A DNA stretch of 29,289 nucleotides from Gammaproteobacteria bacterium (GTDB lineage Bacteria > Pseudomonadota > Gammaproteobacteria > Chromatiales > Chromatiaceae). Below the pieces are notes generated by a model. The model worked only from the letters and a program-made list of their open reading frames with translations. It ran no database searches and was not told where the DNA came from. The stretch is from NCBI GenBank assembly GCA_041307205.1, contig JBFZDU010000076.1:1-29289 (forward strand), given 5' to 3'. Every line of letters begins with the position of its first letter. Within the stretch, counting starts at the first letter, position 1. Made by a program: the position numbers and the translations under genes. Positions 17,655 through 27,883 of this stretch are shown here, one piece after another.

Positions 17655-17701
17655 AAAGTACTTGATTTAAATATAGTTGGTTAAATTTTATCAAGTGCTT
17701 T
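17655..17701. promoter_or_regulatory. AT-rich inverted repeat upstream of fimV enclosing a TATAGT -10-like hexamer
   Basis: AAAGTACTTGAT (17655-17666) and ATCAAGTGCTTT (17690-17701), 11 of 12 complementary, 23-nt AT-rich spacer; TATAGT at 17672-17677. Confidence 0.55.
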
Positions 17702-17933
17702 ATTAGGAGTTCGCGGCTCTAAAGGGGCACCGGCACGCGCCGGCTTGGCGGTACGGCGCACGGAAAACGACAGCAACTCGCCTGCCGTTTTCCAGCTCCT
17801 ACGACGGTCCAAGGAGCGTCTTAGGGGGTGCCCCAGGATACCGCCGGAGACACCGGGTAAAGCGGTGCTTCGATTGGCGGAGGCGCGGCGGGAACAGGCA
17901 GCCGGAATAGCCGGCACAGGCAGGAGAGGATTC

Positions 17934-20864
17934 ATGGTCCGCAAGTTGGCGATAGCCGTTGCCCTGGCGCTGGGCAGTACCTCGATGACCGCTTATGGCT
18001 TGGGTTTGGGCGAAATCAAGACCCGCTCGGTACTCAATCAGGCGCTCGACGCGGAAATCGATCTGCTTTCCGTGGTGAAGGGCGAAATGGAGGGTCTGCG
18101 GGTGCAACTCGCCCCGGCCGAGGCCTTCGAGCGCGCCGGCTTGGAGCGCCCCTTCTACCTGGCGCAGTTGCGCTTCGAACCGGTCGGGCGCGCCAACGGC
18201 CGGCACGTGATAAAGGTCACCACCGAATTCCCGGTGCGGGAGCCCTTCCTCAATTTCCTGGTGGAAGTGAACTGGAGCAACGGCCGCCTGCTGCGCGAGT
18301 ACACGGTGCTACTGGATCCGCCGACCACCACCCGGCGCCAGGCGCCGCAGGTCAGTGGTGCGGCGGCGGCGGCGCGTCCGGCGAGCAGCGCGCCGCAACG
18401 GCTGGAGCCGGCAGCCGACACTTACGGGCCGGTGCAAGCCAACGATACCTTGTGGGGCATCGCAAAGCAGCTGCGCCCCAGCGGCGTGTCCATGTCGCAG
18501 ATGATGATCGCCCTGCTGCAGGCCAATCCGCAGGCATTCCTCGACAACAACGTCAACCGCCTGCGGCGCGGCCAGATCCTGCGTGTCCCGGGCCGCGACG
18601 AAATCCTCAAGTTGAGCCGTGCCGAAGCGCACGCGCTGTACCGCGAGCAGCAGGACGCCTGGCTGGCGGCGCGCGCCCCGGTTGCCCCGGTTGCCGCCCC
18701 CGCCGACGCTGCGACCGAGGGCGCAGGGGATCCGGCGGTGACCCCTGAGCAGGCGGCTGATCGCCTGCGGATCGCGACCGCCAAGGGCGAAGCCGAGGTT
18801 GCCGCGGCAGCCGGCAAGCCCGACGGGGAGGGTGCCGCGGCTGCGGACCTGAACGATCAGCTGTTGCTGGCGCGCGAGAATGCCGAAACCTCGCGCCTGG
18901 AGGCCGAGCAACTGCGCTCGCGCGTCGACGATCTGCGGGTGCAGCTTGAGGACATGCAGCGCCTGCTCACCTTGAAGAACGACCAGCTGGCGCGCCTGCA
19001 GGGTGCCGTGGCCAGTGCGGACAGCGCTGCGGCCGAGGTCGTGGCTGTGGAAGCAGCACCTGAAGTGCCGGTGGTCGCGACGCCGGACGCGGTTGTTGAA
19101 AGCGTTGCGACCCCGGATGCGGTGGCGACCGCTGGCGTAGACGCCGCTGCGGCAGCCCCGGGGCTGACCGAGTCCACGGCCACGGAACCGCCGAGCGACC
19201 AGCTGGCAGGGCTCGAGCCGCCGCCCGAACCGGCAGTGGAAGCCGCGGTGGATGCGCCGGCGGAGGACCTGGCGGCGCCCGACGCAGCCGAACTCAATGC
19301 GGCCCTGGCAGCGGCCGATGAGACGGCGGCGTCAATGGCGATGACCGAGGATGCCGCGCCGACGCCCGAGGAGCTGGGCGCTGAAGCGATCGGCACGACC
19401 GTGCCGGAGGTGGACGCGGCGGCCGAGGCCGCCATGGTCGCCGCCGCGCCGCCGGAACCGGTCGCTATGGAGGGCGAGCCGGTTGCCGCGACGACCGAGG
19501 CACCGCCGCCGCTAGTGGCCGAACCGGTTGTGGCGCCGACACCGGCGCCGGCGGCCGAGTCGTCGGGGGAAATCGAGAGTTCGGGTGACCTGCCGCTGGT
19601 CGCGGGCGGGGTAGCCGCGGTGGCAGCGCTTGGTGCCTTGTTCGGTCTGGTCGTCGCCCGCCGCAACCGCAGGGAGTCAGAGTCCGCCACGCTGGCGCCC
19701 GTCGATGACCTGATGGCCACGCCGCCGGGTGGCGCGGCCGCTGCCGCTGCTGGCGGTGTGGGAGAGGAACAGGACAGCGCCCTGCTCAGCGAATTGACAC
19801 CCAGCGACCTGGACGAGCTGCGGGACGACACCAATGATGTTGACCCGGTGTCCGAAGCGGATGTCTACATCGCCTACGGCCGCTACCAGCAGGCCGAGCA
19901 ACTGCTGCAGCAGGCCATGCAGAAGGACCCGCATCGACTGGCTCTGCCGCACAAGCTGCTGGAGGTGTACTACGCCATGCGCCGGCCGGACGCCTTCGTT
20001 GGCCTGGCGGGCGAAATGATGGCCGACGGCCGCGATCAGGCCGACGCGAAAGCCTGGGGCCGTGCCAAGGAGATGGGCCGGGATCTGGCACCGGAGAATC
20101 CCATGTTTACAGTGGTGGCCGGGGTCGCAGCCGGGGCCGCTCTGGGCAGTGCCGCGGCGAACGAGGGCGTTGGGCTCGAGGATTTGGAGTTGTCGGAACT
20201 GGCGTCGGAGATCGAAGGTGAACAGTCGTCCTCGATCGCCACGGACGACGCCAACCTGGATGTGGATGGCTTGCTGGATCTCGATACGCTGACCCGCGAG
20301 CTGGAGTCCCAGGCCATCGATGAGGACTCGCTGGCCTTGGACGATCTGGAGACCTTCGACCTCGACGTTTCGTCCGAGCAGTCGGGCACGGCTGTGGCGG
20401 CGGCATTGCAGCAGCCCAGCGCCGACGATGATCTGCTCGATTTGAGTGAAACCGCGGCCCCCGAAGGTGAAGCTCTCGGCGAAGACTCGGTGATGAATTT
20501 CGATCCCGACATGGATCCCTCCGAGATGCATTCCCAGCTCGACGACCTGAGCGACATGACCACGCTCGACGCCGAACTGGCCGCGCTGGGGGCCGACACC
20601 CATTCGGAGGAACCGCTGAGTCTGGACGCGGCGGTCGGGGACGAGGGCGGTGACGAAACCGAAAGCGTGCTCGAGCTTGACACGATGGATGGCGCGGCGG
20701 CATCCGGCGAGGACGAGGTCGACACCAAGATCGATCTGGCGCGGGCCTATGTCGAAATGGGCGACGCCGAAGGGGCCCGCAGCATCCTGGCCGAGGTCGA
20801 GGAAGAGGGGACCGCCGCACAGCAGGCGCAGGCGCGGGACCTGCTGGAACAACTGCCCGCATGA
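17934..20864 (+). CDS. fimV: FimV/HubP polar landmark protein, 976 aa
   Basis: ATG 17934 with SD AGGAGAGG; signal peptide then LGLGEI...S.LNQAL.AEI, GRLLREYTVLLDPP, LysM (VQANDTLWGIA), coiled coil, one TM (LPLVAGGVAAVAALG), DPVSEADVYIAYGRY TPR, acidic linker, C-terminal TKIDLARAYVEMGD. Confidence 0.95.
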   Translation: MVRKLAIAVALALGSTSMTAYGLGLGEIKTRSVLNQALDAEIDLLSVVKGEMEGLRVQLAPAEAFERAGLERPFYLAQLRFEPVGRANGRHVIKVTTEFPVREPFLNFLVEVNWSNGRLLREYTVLLDPPTTTRRQAPQVSGAAAAARPASSAPQRLEPAADTYGPVQANDTLWGIAKQLRPSGVSMSQMMIALLQANPQAFLDNNVNRLRRGQILRVPGRDEILKLSRAEAHALYREQQDAWLAARAPVAPVAAPADAATEGAGDPAVTPEQAADRLRIATAKGEAEVAAAAGKPDGEGAAAADLNDQLLLARENAETSRLEAEQLRSRVDDLRVQLEDMQRLLTLKNDQLARLQGAVASADSAAAEVVAVEAAPEVPVVATPDAVVESVATPDAVATAGVDAAAAAPGLTESTATEPPSDQLAGLEPPPEPAVEAAVDAPAEDLAAPDAAELNAALAAADETAASMAMTEDAAPTPEELGAEAIGTTVPEVDAAAEAAMVAAAPPEPVAMEGEPVAATTEAPPPLVAEPVVAPTPAPAAESSGEIESSGDLPLVAGGVAAVAALGALFGLVVARRNRRESESATLAPVDDLMATPPGGAAAAAAGGVGEEQDSALLSELTPSDLDELRDDTNDVDPVSEADVYIAYGRYQQAEQLLQQAMQKDPHRLALPHKLLEVYYAMRRPDAFVGLAGEMMADGRDQADAKAWGRAKEMGRDLAPENPMFTVVAGVAAGAALGSAAANEGVGLEDLELSELASEIEGEQSSSIATDDANLDVDGLLDLDTLTRELESQAIDEDSLALDDLETFDLDVSSEQSGTAVAAALQQPSADDDLLDLSETAAPEGEALGEDSVMNFDPDMDPSEMHSQLDDLSDMTTLDAELAALGADTHSEEPLSLDAAVGDEGGDETESVLELDTMDGAAASGEDEVDTKIDLARAYVEMGDAEGARSILAEVEEEGTAAQQAQARDLLEQLPA

Positions 20865-20897
20865 CCGGGCCAAGTTAGGCCGCCGGCCCAATGATCC

Positions 20898-20930
20898 GCA
20901 GGGCGCCGCGACGGGCGCCCTGCCGCTTTA
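20898..20930 (+). terminator. Possible intrinsic terminator between fimV and truA
   Basis: 10-bp stem GCAGGGCGCC/GGCGCCCTGC (20898-20907/20914-20923), 6-nt loop, followed by only a weak U-tract (CGCTTTA). Confidence 0.4.
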
Positions 20931-20937
20931 AGTCCTT

Positions 20938-21729
20938 ATGCGAATTGCGCTGGGTATCGAATACAACGGTCGGGCCTTCAACGGTTGGCAGACGCAGCAG
21001 CCGGGGGTGCGCACCGTCCAAAGCACGCTGGAAGCCGCGCTCGCCAGCGTGGCGGCCAGTCCGGTCGCGGTGGTTTGCGCCGGGCGCACCGATGCGGGGG
21101 TGCATGCCATCGGGCAGGTGGCCCACTTCGACACGCGCGTCGAGCGCACCCCCCGCAACTGGCTGCTCGGCGTCAACACCAAGCTGCCCGATGACGTGAG
21201 TCTATGCTGGGCGCAGCCGGTGGCGGACGAGTTTCACGCCCGTTTTTCCGCCACCGGACGCACTTACCGCTATGTCATCGTCAACCGCGAGGCGCGTTCC
21301 AGCATCCTGGCGGGACGGGCCACCTGGATCCACCGGCGCTTGGATGCGGAGCGCATGCACCATGCCGGGCAGGCCTTGCTGGGGAGCCACGACTTTTCCA
21401 GTTACCGGGCACTGGCCTGTCAGGCCAAGAGCCCGATCCGGGAGTTGCGCCGACTGAGCGTGCGGCGCGAGGGTGACCTGCTGGAACTGGTGGTAACGGC
21501 GAACGCCTTCCTGCACCACATGGTCCGCAACATCGTCGGGGTGCTGTTGGCCATCGGTCGGGGCGATCGGCCGGAGACCTGGGCCGGCGAAGTGCTGGCG
21601 TTGCGCGATCGGACCCTGGGCGGGGTGACGGCGCCGCCGGACGGTCTGTACCTCGCCGCGGTGGATTACCCCGGGCGCTTCGGCATACCGCGGCCGCTGG
21701 ATCTGCCGCTGTATGGTGGCGGCCTCTGA
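20938..21729 (+). CDS. truA: tRNA pseudouridine(38-40) synthase, 263 aa
   Basis: MRIALGIEYNG, AGRTDAGVHA (catalytic Asp), FHARFSA, ANAFLHHMVRNIVG, TAPPDGLYL. Confidence 0.97.
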   Translation: MRIALGIEYNGRAFNGWQTQQPGVRTVQSTLEAALASVAASPVAVVCAGRTDAGVHAIGQVAHFDTRVERTPRNWLLGVNTKLPDDVSLCWAQPVADEFHARFSATGRTYRYVIVNREARSSILAGRATWIHRRLDAERMHHAGQALLGSHDFSSYRALACQAKSPIRELRRLSVRREGDLLELVVTANAFLHHMVRNIVGVLLAIGRGDRPETWAGEVLALRDRTLGGVTAPPDGLYLAAVDYPGRFGIPRPLDLPLYGGGL

Positions 21730-21933
21730 ATCCCGTGCCTCGGGCACGTCGCTGCCTGGGCAAGCCCTGTGCTCATACCACCGGTGGCCGATCGGCAGGC
21801 CGCAGACCGCCCCCCGCTTGGGTCGCTTTCCCGCGAACCGCACCCGGGGATCCGACCCCGGACCGAATTGGCCAATTACCCTGCCGGTCCGGGCTGTTGC
21901 GCGCCGCGTGCTTCGTATATTTTGTGCTTAGGC

Positions 21934-22543
21934 ATGCGAACCCGGGTTAAAATCTGCGGCATCACGCGCGAACAGGACGCCCTGGAGGCGGTTCGCTGTG
22001 GCGCGGACGCGCTTGGCCTGGTCTTTTATCCCCCGAGCCCGCGGTGCGTGACACTCGAACAGGCCGCGACCATCACGCGCCGACTGCCGCCCTTCGTGAC
22101 CCTGGTGGGGCTGTTCGTCAACGCCGATCGTGAAACCATCGCGGAGGCCGTGGCAGCGGCCGGGATCAGTTTGATCCAGTTCCATGGCAACGAGTGCCCC
22201 GACTACTGTGCGGAGCACGACCGACCCTGGATAAAGGCGCTCCGGATGAAGGACGGCCTGGACCTCGAACAGGCGGCGTCCGACTATGGTGCGGCGGCGG
22301 CGCTGCTGCTCGATGCCTATCGACCCGGGGTGCCGGGCGGTACCGGCGAGACGTTCGACTGGGACCGGATACCGGCACAATTCGCCGGACGCATCATCCT
22401 GGCCGGGGGCCTGTCGCCGGCGAACATTAGCGAAGCGGTTCGGCGCGTCCGACCCTATGCGGTCGACGTGAGCGGCGGTGTCGAGGCTGCGCCCGGCCGC
22501 AAGGACGCCGGCAAAATTGCAGCATTCATGCGAGGAGTGCGAC

Positions 22544-22557
<14 letters not shown>
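21934..22557 (+). CDS. trpF: Phosphoribosylanthranilate isomerase, 207 aa
   Basis: [11 protein letters not shown] start (ATG 21934), [21 protein letters not shown]...[23 protein letters not shown]. Confidence 0.97.
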
Positions 22558-23754
<1,197 letters not shown>

Positions 23755-23758
<4 letters not shown>

Positions 23759-24561
23759 GCCGCATCGGGCCGCTGTTCGTGGACCTGCGCGCACAGGGCC
23801 GCAAGGCGCTGATCCCGTTCATCACCGCCGGCGATCCGCACCCCTCGGTGACCGTGCCCTTGCTGCACACCCTGGTCGAGGCCGGCGCCGACATCCTTGA
23901 ACTGGGCGTGCCTTTTTCCGACCCGATGGCGGACGGCCCGGTGATCCAGCGGGCCAGCGAGCGCGCCCTGGCGCATCATGTGTCGCTGCATCAGGTGCTG
24001 GACATGGTGCGAGCGTTCCGCGAGCACGACGCGACCACGCCGGTGGTGCTGATGGGCTATCTCAACCCGATCGAGATAATGGGCTATCAGGCCTTCGCCG
24101 AGCAGGCGGCGGCTGCCGGCGTCGACGGCGTTTTGACCGTGGATCTGCCGCCCGAGGAGGCCCATGAGCTGCTGCAGGAACTGCGTCGCAACGGGCTCGA
24201 TCCGATCTATCTGATCGCCCCGACCAGCAAGCGCGGTCGGATCGAGCGGATCACGGCCGCGGCCAGCGGTTTTGTCTACTATGTGTCCCTCAAAGGGGTG
24301 ACCGGGGCCGCCACGCTCGATGTGGCGGCGGTCCAGGCCAAGCTCGCCGAGATTCGGGCCGTGACCGATCTGCCGCTGGGCGTGGGGTTCGGCATCAAGG
24401 ACGCCGAGACCGCGGCCCGGCTGGCGGCGGTGGCCGACGCGGTTGTAGTAGGCAGCGCCCTGGTGTCGCGGGTGGAGGCCAACGCCGCAGAGCCCGGCCG
24501 GATTATGGCGGAAGCGCGCGCCTTGATCGGCAGCCTGCGCAAGGCGCTGGACGGCGTTTGA
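23755..24561 (+). CDS. trpA: Tryptophan synthase alpha chain, 268 aa
   Basis: GTGA overlap with trpB stop; [46 protein letters not shown]. Confidence 0.97.
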
Positions 24562-24601
24562 GCGCGGCCACCAGGCAAAGGCGTTTGACTCAGGAGAGGC
24601 G

Positions 24602-25465
24602 ATGAGCTGGTTCGACAAATTACTGCCCAGCCGTATTCGCACCGAAGGTGGCACCAAGAAGGCGGTGCCCGAAGGCTTGTGGGCCAAGTGCCCGGGCTGC
24701 AGTGCCGTGCTGTACCGCGCCGAATTGGAACGCAATATGGAGGTTTGTCCCAAGTGCGGTTATCACAACCGCATCACTGGGCGCCGCCGCCTGGAGGTGT
24801 TCCTCGACGAGGACGGGCGCGAAGAGATCGGTGCCGGCCTGGAATCGGGCGATCCGCTGAAATTCAAGGACTCAAAAAAATACAAGGATCGTTTGTCGGC
24901 AGCCCAGAAGGCGACCGGCGAGCGCGAAGCGCTGGTCGTGATGCGCGGTCAGCTGAAGGGAATGGGCGTGGTGGCCGCGGCGTTCGAGTTCGGCTTCATG
25001 GGCGGATCGATGGGCTCGGTGGTGGGCGAGCGCTTCGTGCGCGGTGTCAATGTCAGCTTGGAACGCAACATCCCGCTGGTCTGCTTTGCCGCCAGCGGCG
25101 GTGCCCGTATGCAGGAATCGCTGTTCTCCCTGATGCAAATGGCCAAGACTTCGGCCGCCATCCAGCGCATGAACCGGCGCGGCATTCCCTTCATCTCGGT
25201 GATGACCGATCCCACCATGGGTGGGGTTTCGGCCAGCCTGGCGATGCTCGGGGACATCAACGTCGGTGAACCGGGGGCCTTGATCGGCTTTGCCGGGCCG
25301 CGGGTGATCGAACAAACGGTGCGCGAAACCTTGCCCGAAGGTTTTCAGCGCAGCGAGTTCCTGGTGGAACACGGTGCCGTCGATCTGATCATCGACCGGC
25401 GCCAGATGCGCGACCGACTCGCCGCCATCCTGGCGATGCTGACCTCCCAAGTCACCCCGGCCTGA
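24602..25465 (+). CDS. accD: Acetyl-CoA carboxylase carboxyltransferase beta subunit, 287 aa
   Basis: SD CAGGAGAGG; C4 zinc ribbon (CPGC...CPKC), [36 protein letters not shown]. Confidence 0.98.
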   Translation: MSWFDKLLPSRIRTEGGTKKAVPEGLWAKCPGCSAVLYRAELERNMEVCPKCGYHNRITGRRRLEVFLDEDGREEIGAGLESGDPLKFKDSKKYKDRLSAAQKATGEREALVVMRGQLKGMGVVAAAFEFGFMGGSMGSVVGERFVRGVNVSLERNIPLVCFAASGGARMQESLFSLMQMAKTSAAIQRMNRRGIPFISVMTDPTMGGVSASLAMLGDINVGEPGALIGFAGPRVIEQTVRETLPEGFQRSEFLVEHGAVDLIIDRRQMRDRLAAILAMLTSQVTPA

Positions 25466-25475
25466 TCGCGGCGCC

Positions 25476-26771
25476 ATGGGGACCGACCCGGTGGATGCCT
25501 GGCTGCAGGGCCAGGGGGGCCTCAATCCCCGTGACATCGAGCTGGGACTGGAACGGGTGCGGCGCGTGTGGGAACGGTTGGGTTCCCCGGCACCGGCGCC
25601 GGTGATCATCACGGTCGGTGGCACCAATGGCAAGGGCAGTGCGGTGGCGCTGGGCGAGGCCATCCTGTTGGCCGCCGGCTACCGGGTGGGCTGCTACACC
25701 TCGCCGCACCTGCAGCGCTACGCCGAACGGGTGCGCATCGGGGGAGCACCGGTGGCTGACGCCGAGCTGCTGACCGCGCTCCAGGACACGGCGGCGGCCC
25801 GCGCCGGCACGCCCCTGACCTACTTCGAGCTGGGTACGCTGGCGGCCTTGCGGCTGTTCGCGCGTGCCGAGCTCGATGTGGTCATTCTGGAAGTGGGGCT
25901 GGGCGGGCGCCTGGATGCGGTGAACCTGGTGGATGCCGACGTCGCCCTGGTGATGACGGTGGCGCTGGATCATCAGGACTGGCTCGGTCCCGACCGGATG
26001 GCCATCGGGCGTGAAAAGGCCGGTATCTACCGCAGCGGCCGGCCCGCGGTTTGCGGCGATCCGGATCCGCCCGAGTCGCTGCTGGCCTATGCGCGGGACC
26101 TCGGCGCCGACCTGTTGCTGCCGGGGCGGGATTTCGCGGCGGTGGTGACCGGCCAGTACTGGACCTGGCGCGGCCGCGGTGTCGAGCGCAAGGCACTGCC
26201 GCTGCCGGTACTGCGCGGGGCGCACCAGCTGCGCAATGCCGCCGCGGTGTTGGCGGCATTGCAGGCGCTGGCGGAGGTCCTGCCGGTCGATCAGCACGCG
26301 GTGCGATCAGGCCTGTTGACCGCCCGCCCGCCGGGGCGGTTCGAGGTCCGGCGGGTCGGGGACGCGACCTGGGTGCTGGATGTCGCCCATAACCCGGAAG
26401 CCGCCCAGGCGCTGCGGGACAACCTTGCTGCCCAAGCTGTGGCCGGTCGAACCTCGGCCGTGCTCGGCATGTTGCGGGACAAAGATGTGAGCGGCGTGGT
26501 CGCCGCCTTGTGCGATCAGGTCGATGACTGGCACTTGGTCGGACTCGACGATCCGCGCGGCCTGAGCGCCGCGGCCCTGGAGGCGCGGGTGCGGGCTGCG
26601 GCACCGGCGGCGCAGACTGCCACGCATGCCGCGCTGGGGGACGCCTTGGCTCGGCTCCGGGCCGGTGCCGGCAGTACGGACCGGGTCGTGATCTGCGGGT
26701 CTTTCCTTACCGTCGGCGGCGCCATGGATTGGTTGCAGGATACTCCGCGGGCCGCAGCCGAACCGCTATAA
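25476..26771 (+). CDS. folC: Bifunctional dihydrofolate/folylpolyglutamate synthase, 431 aa
   Basis: IELGLERV, P-loop GTNGKGS, YTSPHL, TYFE, LEVGLGGRLDAVN, DVAHNP, GSFLTVG. Confidence 0.96.
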   Translation: MGTDPVDAWLQGQGGLNPRDIELGLERVRRVWERLGSPAPAPVIITVGGTNGKGSAVALGEAILLAAGYRVGCYTSPHLQRYAERVRIGGAPVADAELLTALQDTAAARAGTPLTYFELGTLAALRLFARAELDVVILEVGLGGRLDAVNLVDADVALVMTVALDHQDWLGPDRMAIGREKAGIYRSGRPAVCGDPDPPESLLAYARDLGADLLLPGRDFAAVVTGQYWTWRGRGVERKALPLPVLRGAHQLRNAAAVLAALQALAEVLPVDQHAVRSGLLTARPPGRFEVRRVGDATWVLDVAHNPEAAQALRDNLAAQAVAGRTSAVLGMLRDKDVSGVVAALCDQVDDWHLVGLDDPRGLSAAALEARVRAAAPAAQTATHAALGDALARLRAGAGSTDRVVICGSFLTVGGAMDWLQDTPRAAAEPL

Positions 26772-26772
26772 T
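26767..26772 (+). promoter_or_regulatory. Consensus -10 element TATAAT overlapping the folC stop, probable internal promoter for dedD
   Basis: TATAAT contains the folC TAA (26769-26771), 40 nt before dedD ATG; no convincing -35. Confidence 0.5.
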
Positions 26773-26812
26773 CCGCGCACCCTGGTAGCAGTAGTACGAA
26801 TCGGGCCTACGC

Positions 26813-27316
26813 ATGGACGACAAACTGAAGAAACGTCTGGTGGGGGCCACTGTGCTGGCCTCGCTGGTGGTCATTTTCGTGCCCATGCTGGTGGAGCGGC
26901 GCGCGGAGCCGCCGGTGGTGGCGCCCTTGCCGAGTCTTCCGCCGCCCGCCCCCATGGCATTCGATTCGCAGTTGTTGCGCGAGGAGGTGCCGGCCCCGGA
27001 GCCGGTGCCTGGGGCCGCGCCCGATACCGGGGCTGCTGATACCGTGGCGGTGGAAGACCTCGAGCCACGCGTTGGGTTGAGCGTGTGGGTGATTCAGGTC
27101 GGTTCCTTCTCCAGCAAGGAGAACGCCGATCGACTGGTGCAGAAGCTGCGGGCAGCGGGCCTGGACACCATGGATGCCGACACCGTAGGCCTGCGCGGAC
27201 AGACGCTGTACCGGGTACAGGTGGGCCCGGAGGCGGATCGGGCACGCGCCGAGTCGCTGTTGCCCAAGATCAAGGAGATCACCCGCCTGGACGGGAAGAT
27301 CCTCCGCTATCCATGA
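26813..27316 (+). CDS. dedD: DedD-like SPOR-domain cell division protein, 167 aa
   Basis: RLVGATVLASLVVIFVPML TM, Pro-rich linker, SPOR domain (WVIQVGSFS...NA, YRVQVGP); position between folC and cvpA. Confidence 0.85.
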   Translation: MDDKLKKRLVGATVLASLVVIFVPMLVERRAEPPVVAPLPSLPPPAPMAFDSQLLREEVPAPEPVPGAAPDTGAADTVAVEDLEPRVGLSVWVIQVGSFSSKENADRLVQKLRAAGLDTMDADTVGLRGQTLYRVQVGPEADRARAESLLPKIKEITRLDGKILRYP

Positions 27317-27324
27317 GCCGGCGC

Positions 27325-27330
27325 TAGAAT
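27325..27330 (+). promoter_or_regulatory. Putative -10 element TAGAAT for cvpA-purF
   Basis: TAGAAT 39 nt upstream of the cvpA ATG. Confidence 0.45.
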
Positions 27331-27369
27331 CGCATTGTTTTCCGGCCTAGCACCGCGGGACTGAAGCCG

Positions 27370-27882
27370 ATGGCCTGGTTCGATTACCTCATCATCGGCA
27401 TCCTGCTGCTGTCCGCGCTGCTCAGCCTGATCCGGGGTTTCGTCCGCGAGGCCTTTTCGCTGGCCGTGTGGTTGCTGGCGTTTTGGGTGGCCTGGAGTTT
27501 TTTCCGCGCCCTGGCGGTGCAATTGGCGCCCTGGATAGGCACCCCCTCGGTGCGTTTGGGGTTGGCATTCGCCGTGCTGTTGCTGGTGACGCTGGTGGTC
27601 GGGGGTTTGATCAATTTCCTGCTCGTCCGGTTGATCGAGCGCACCGGCCTCAGCGGCACCGACCGGTTGGTAGGCATGGTATTCGGGCTGGCCCGCGGCG
27701 TGCTGCTGGTGACCGTGCTGGTCCTACTGGCGGGTTTGACCCCGATGCCGCAGGATCCGTGGTGGCGGGAATCCCAGCTGGTGCCGTATTTCGAGGAGCT
27801 GGCGCTGTGGTTGCGCGAGCTGCTGCCGCAAGACATTGCCGACCGCTTTCAGTATGCGGCGGCCGGCTGGAGAGGGGACTGA
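27370..27882 (+). CDS. cvpA: CvpA family membrane protein, 170 aa
   Basis: [45 protein letters not shown]; immediately upstream of purF. Confidence 0.93.
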   Translation: MAWFDYLIIGILLLSALLSLIRGFVREAFSLAVWLLAFWVAWSFFRALAVQLAPWIGTPSVRLGLAFAVLLLVTLVVGGLINFLLVRLIERTGLSGTDRLVGMVFGLARGVLLVTVLVLLAGLTPMPQDPWWRESQLVPYFEELALWLRELLPQDIADRFQYAAAGWRGD

Positions 27883-27883
27883 T

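Noticed and set aside
17659-17686. dif-like 28-mer TACTTGATTTA-AATATA-GTTGGTTAAAT
   Set aside because: Only the terminal GTTAAAT and part of the spacer resemble dif; the conserved TTAT of the XerD arm and the CATAA of the XerC arm are missing.
17756-17834. c-di-GMP-I (GEMM) riboswitch resemblance before fimV (GCACGGAAAAC..., GGTCCAAGG)
   Set aside because: No GNRA tetraloop, no GCAAA/GACGCAAAGC junction and no CUAAG receptor.
21713-21950. Short ORFs upstream of trpF as a trp attenuator leader
   Set aside because: No tandem Trp codons, no SD, no U-tailed terminator before trpF.
27330-27345. PurR box-like TCGCATTGTTTTCC upstream of cvpA-purF
   Set aside because: One base short and lacks the central AAAC of the PurR consensus.
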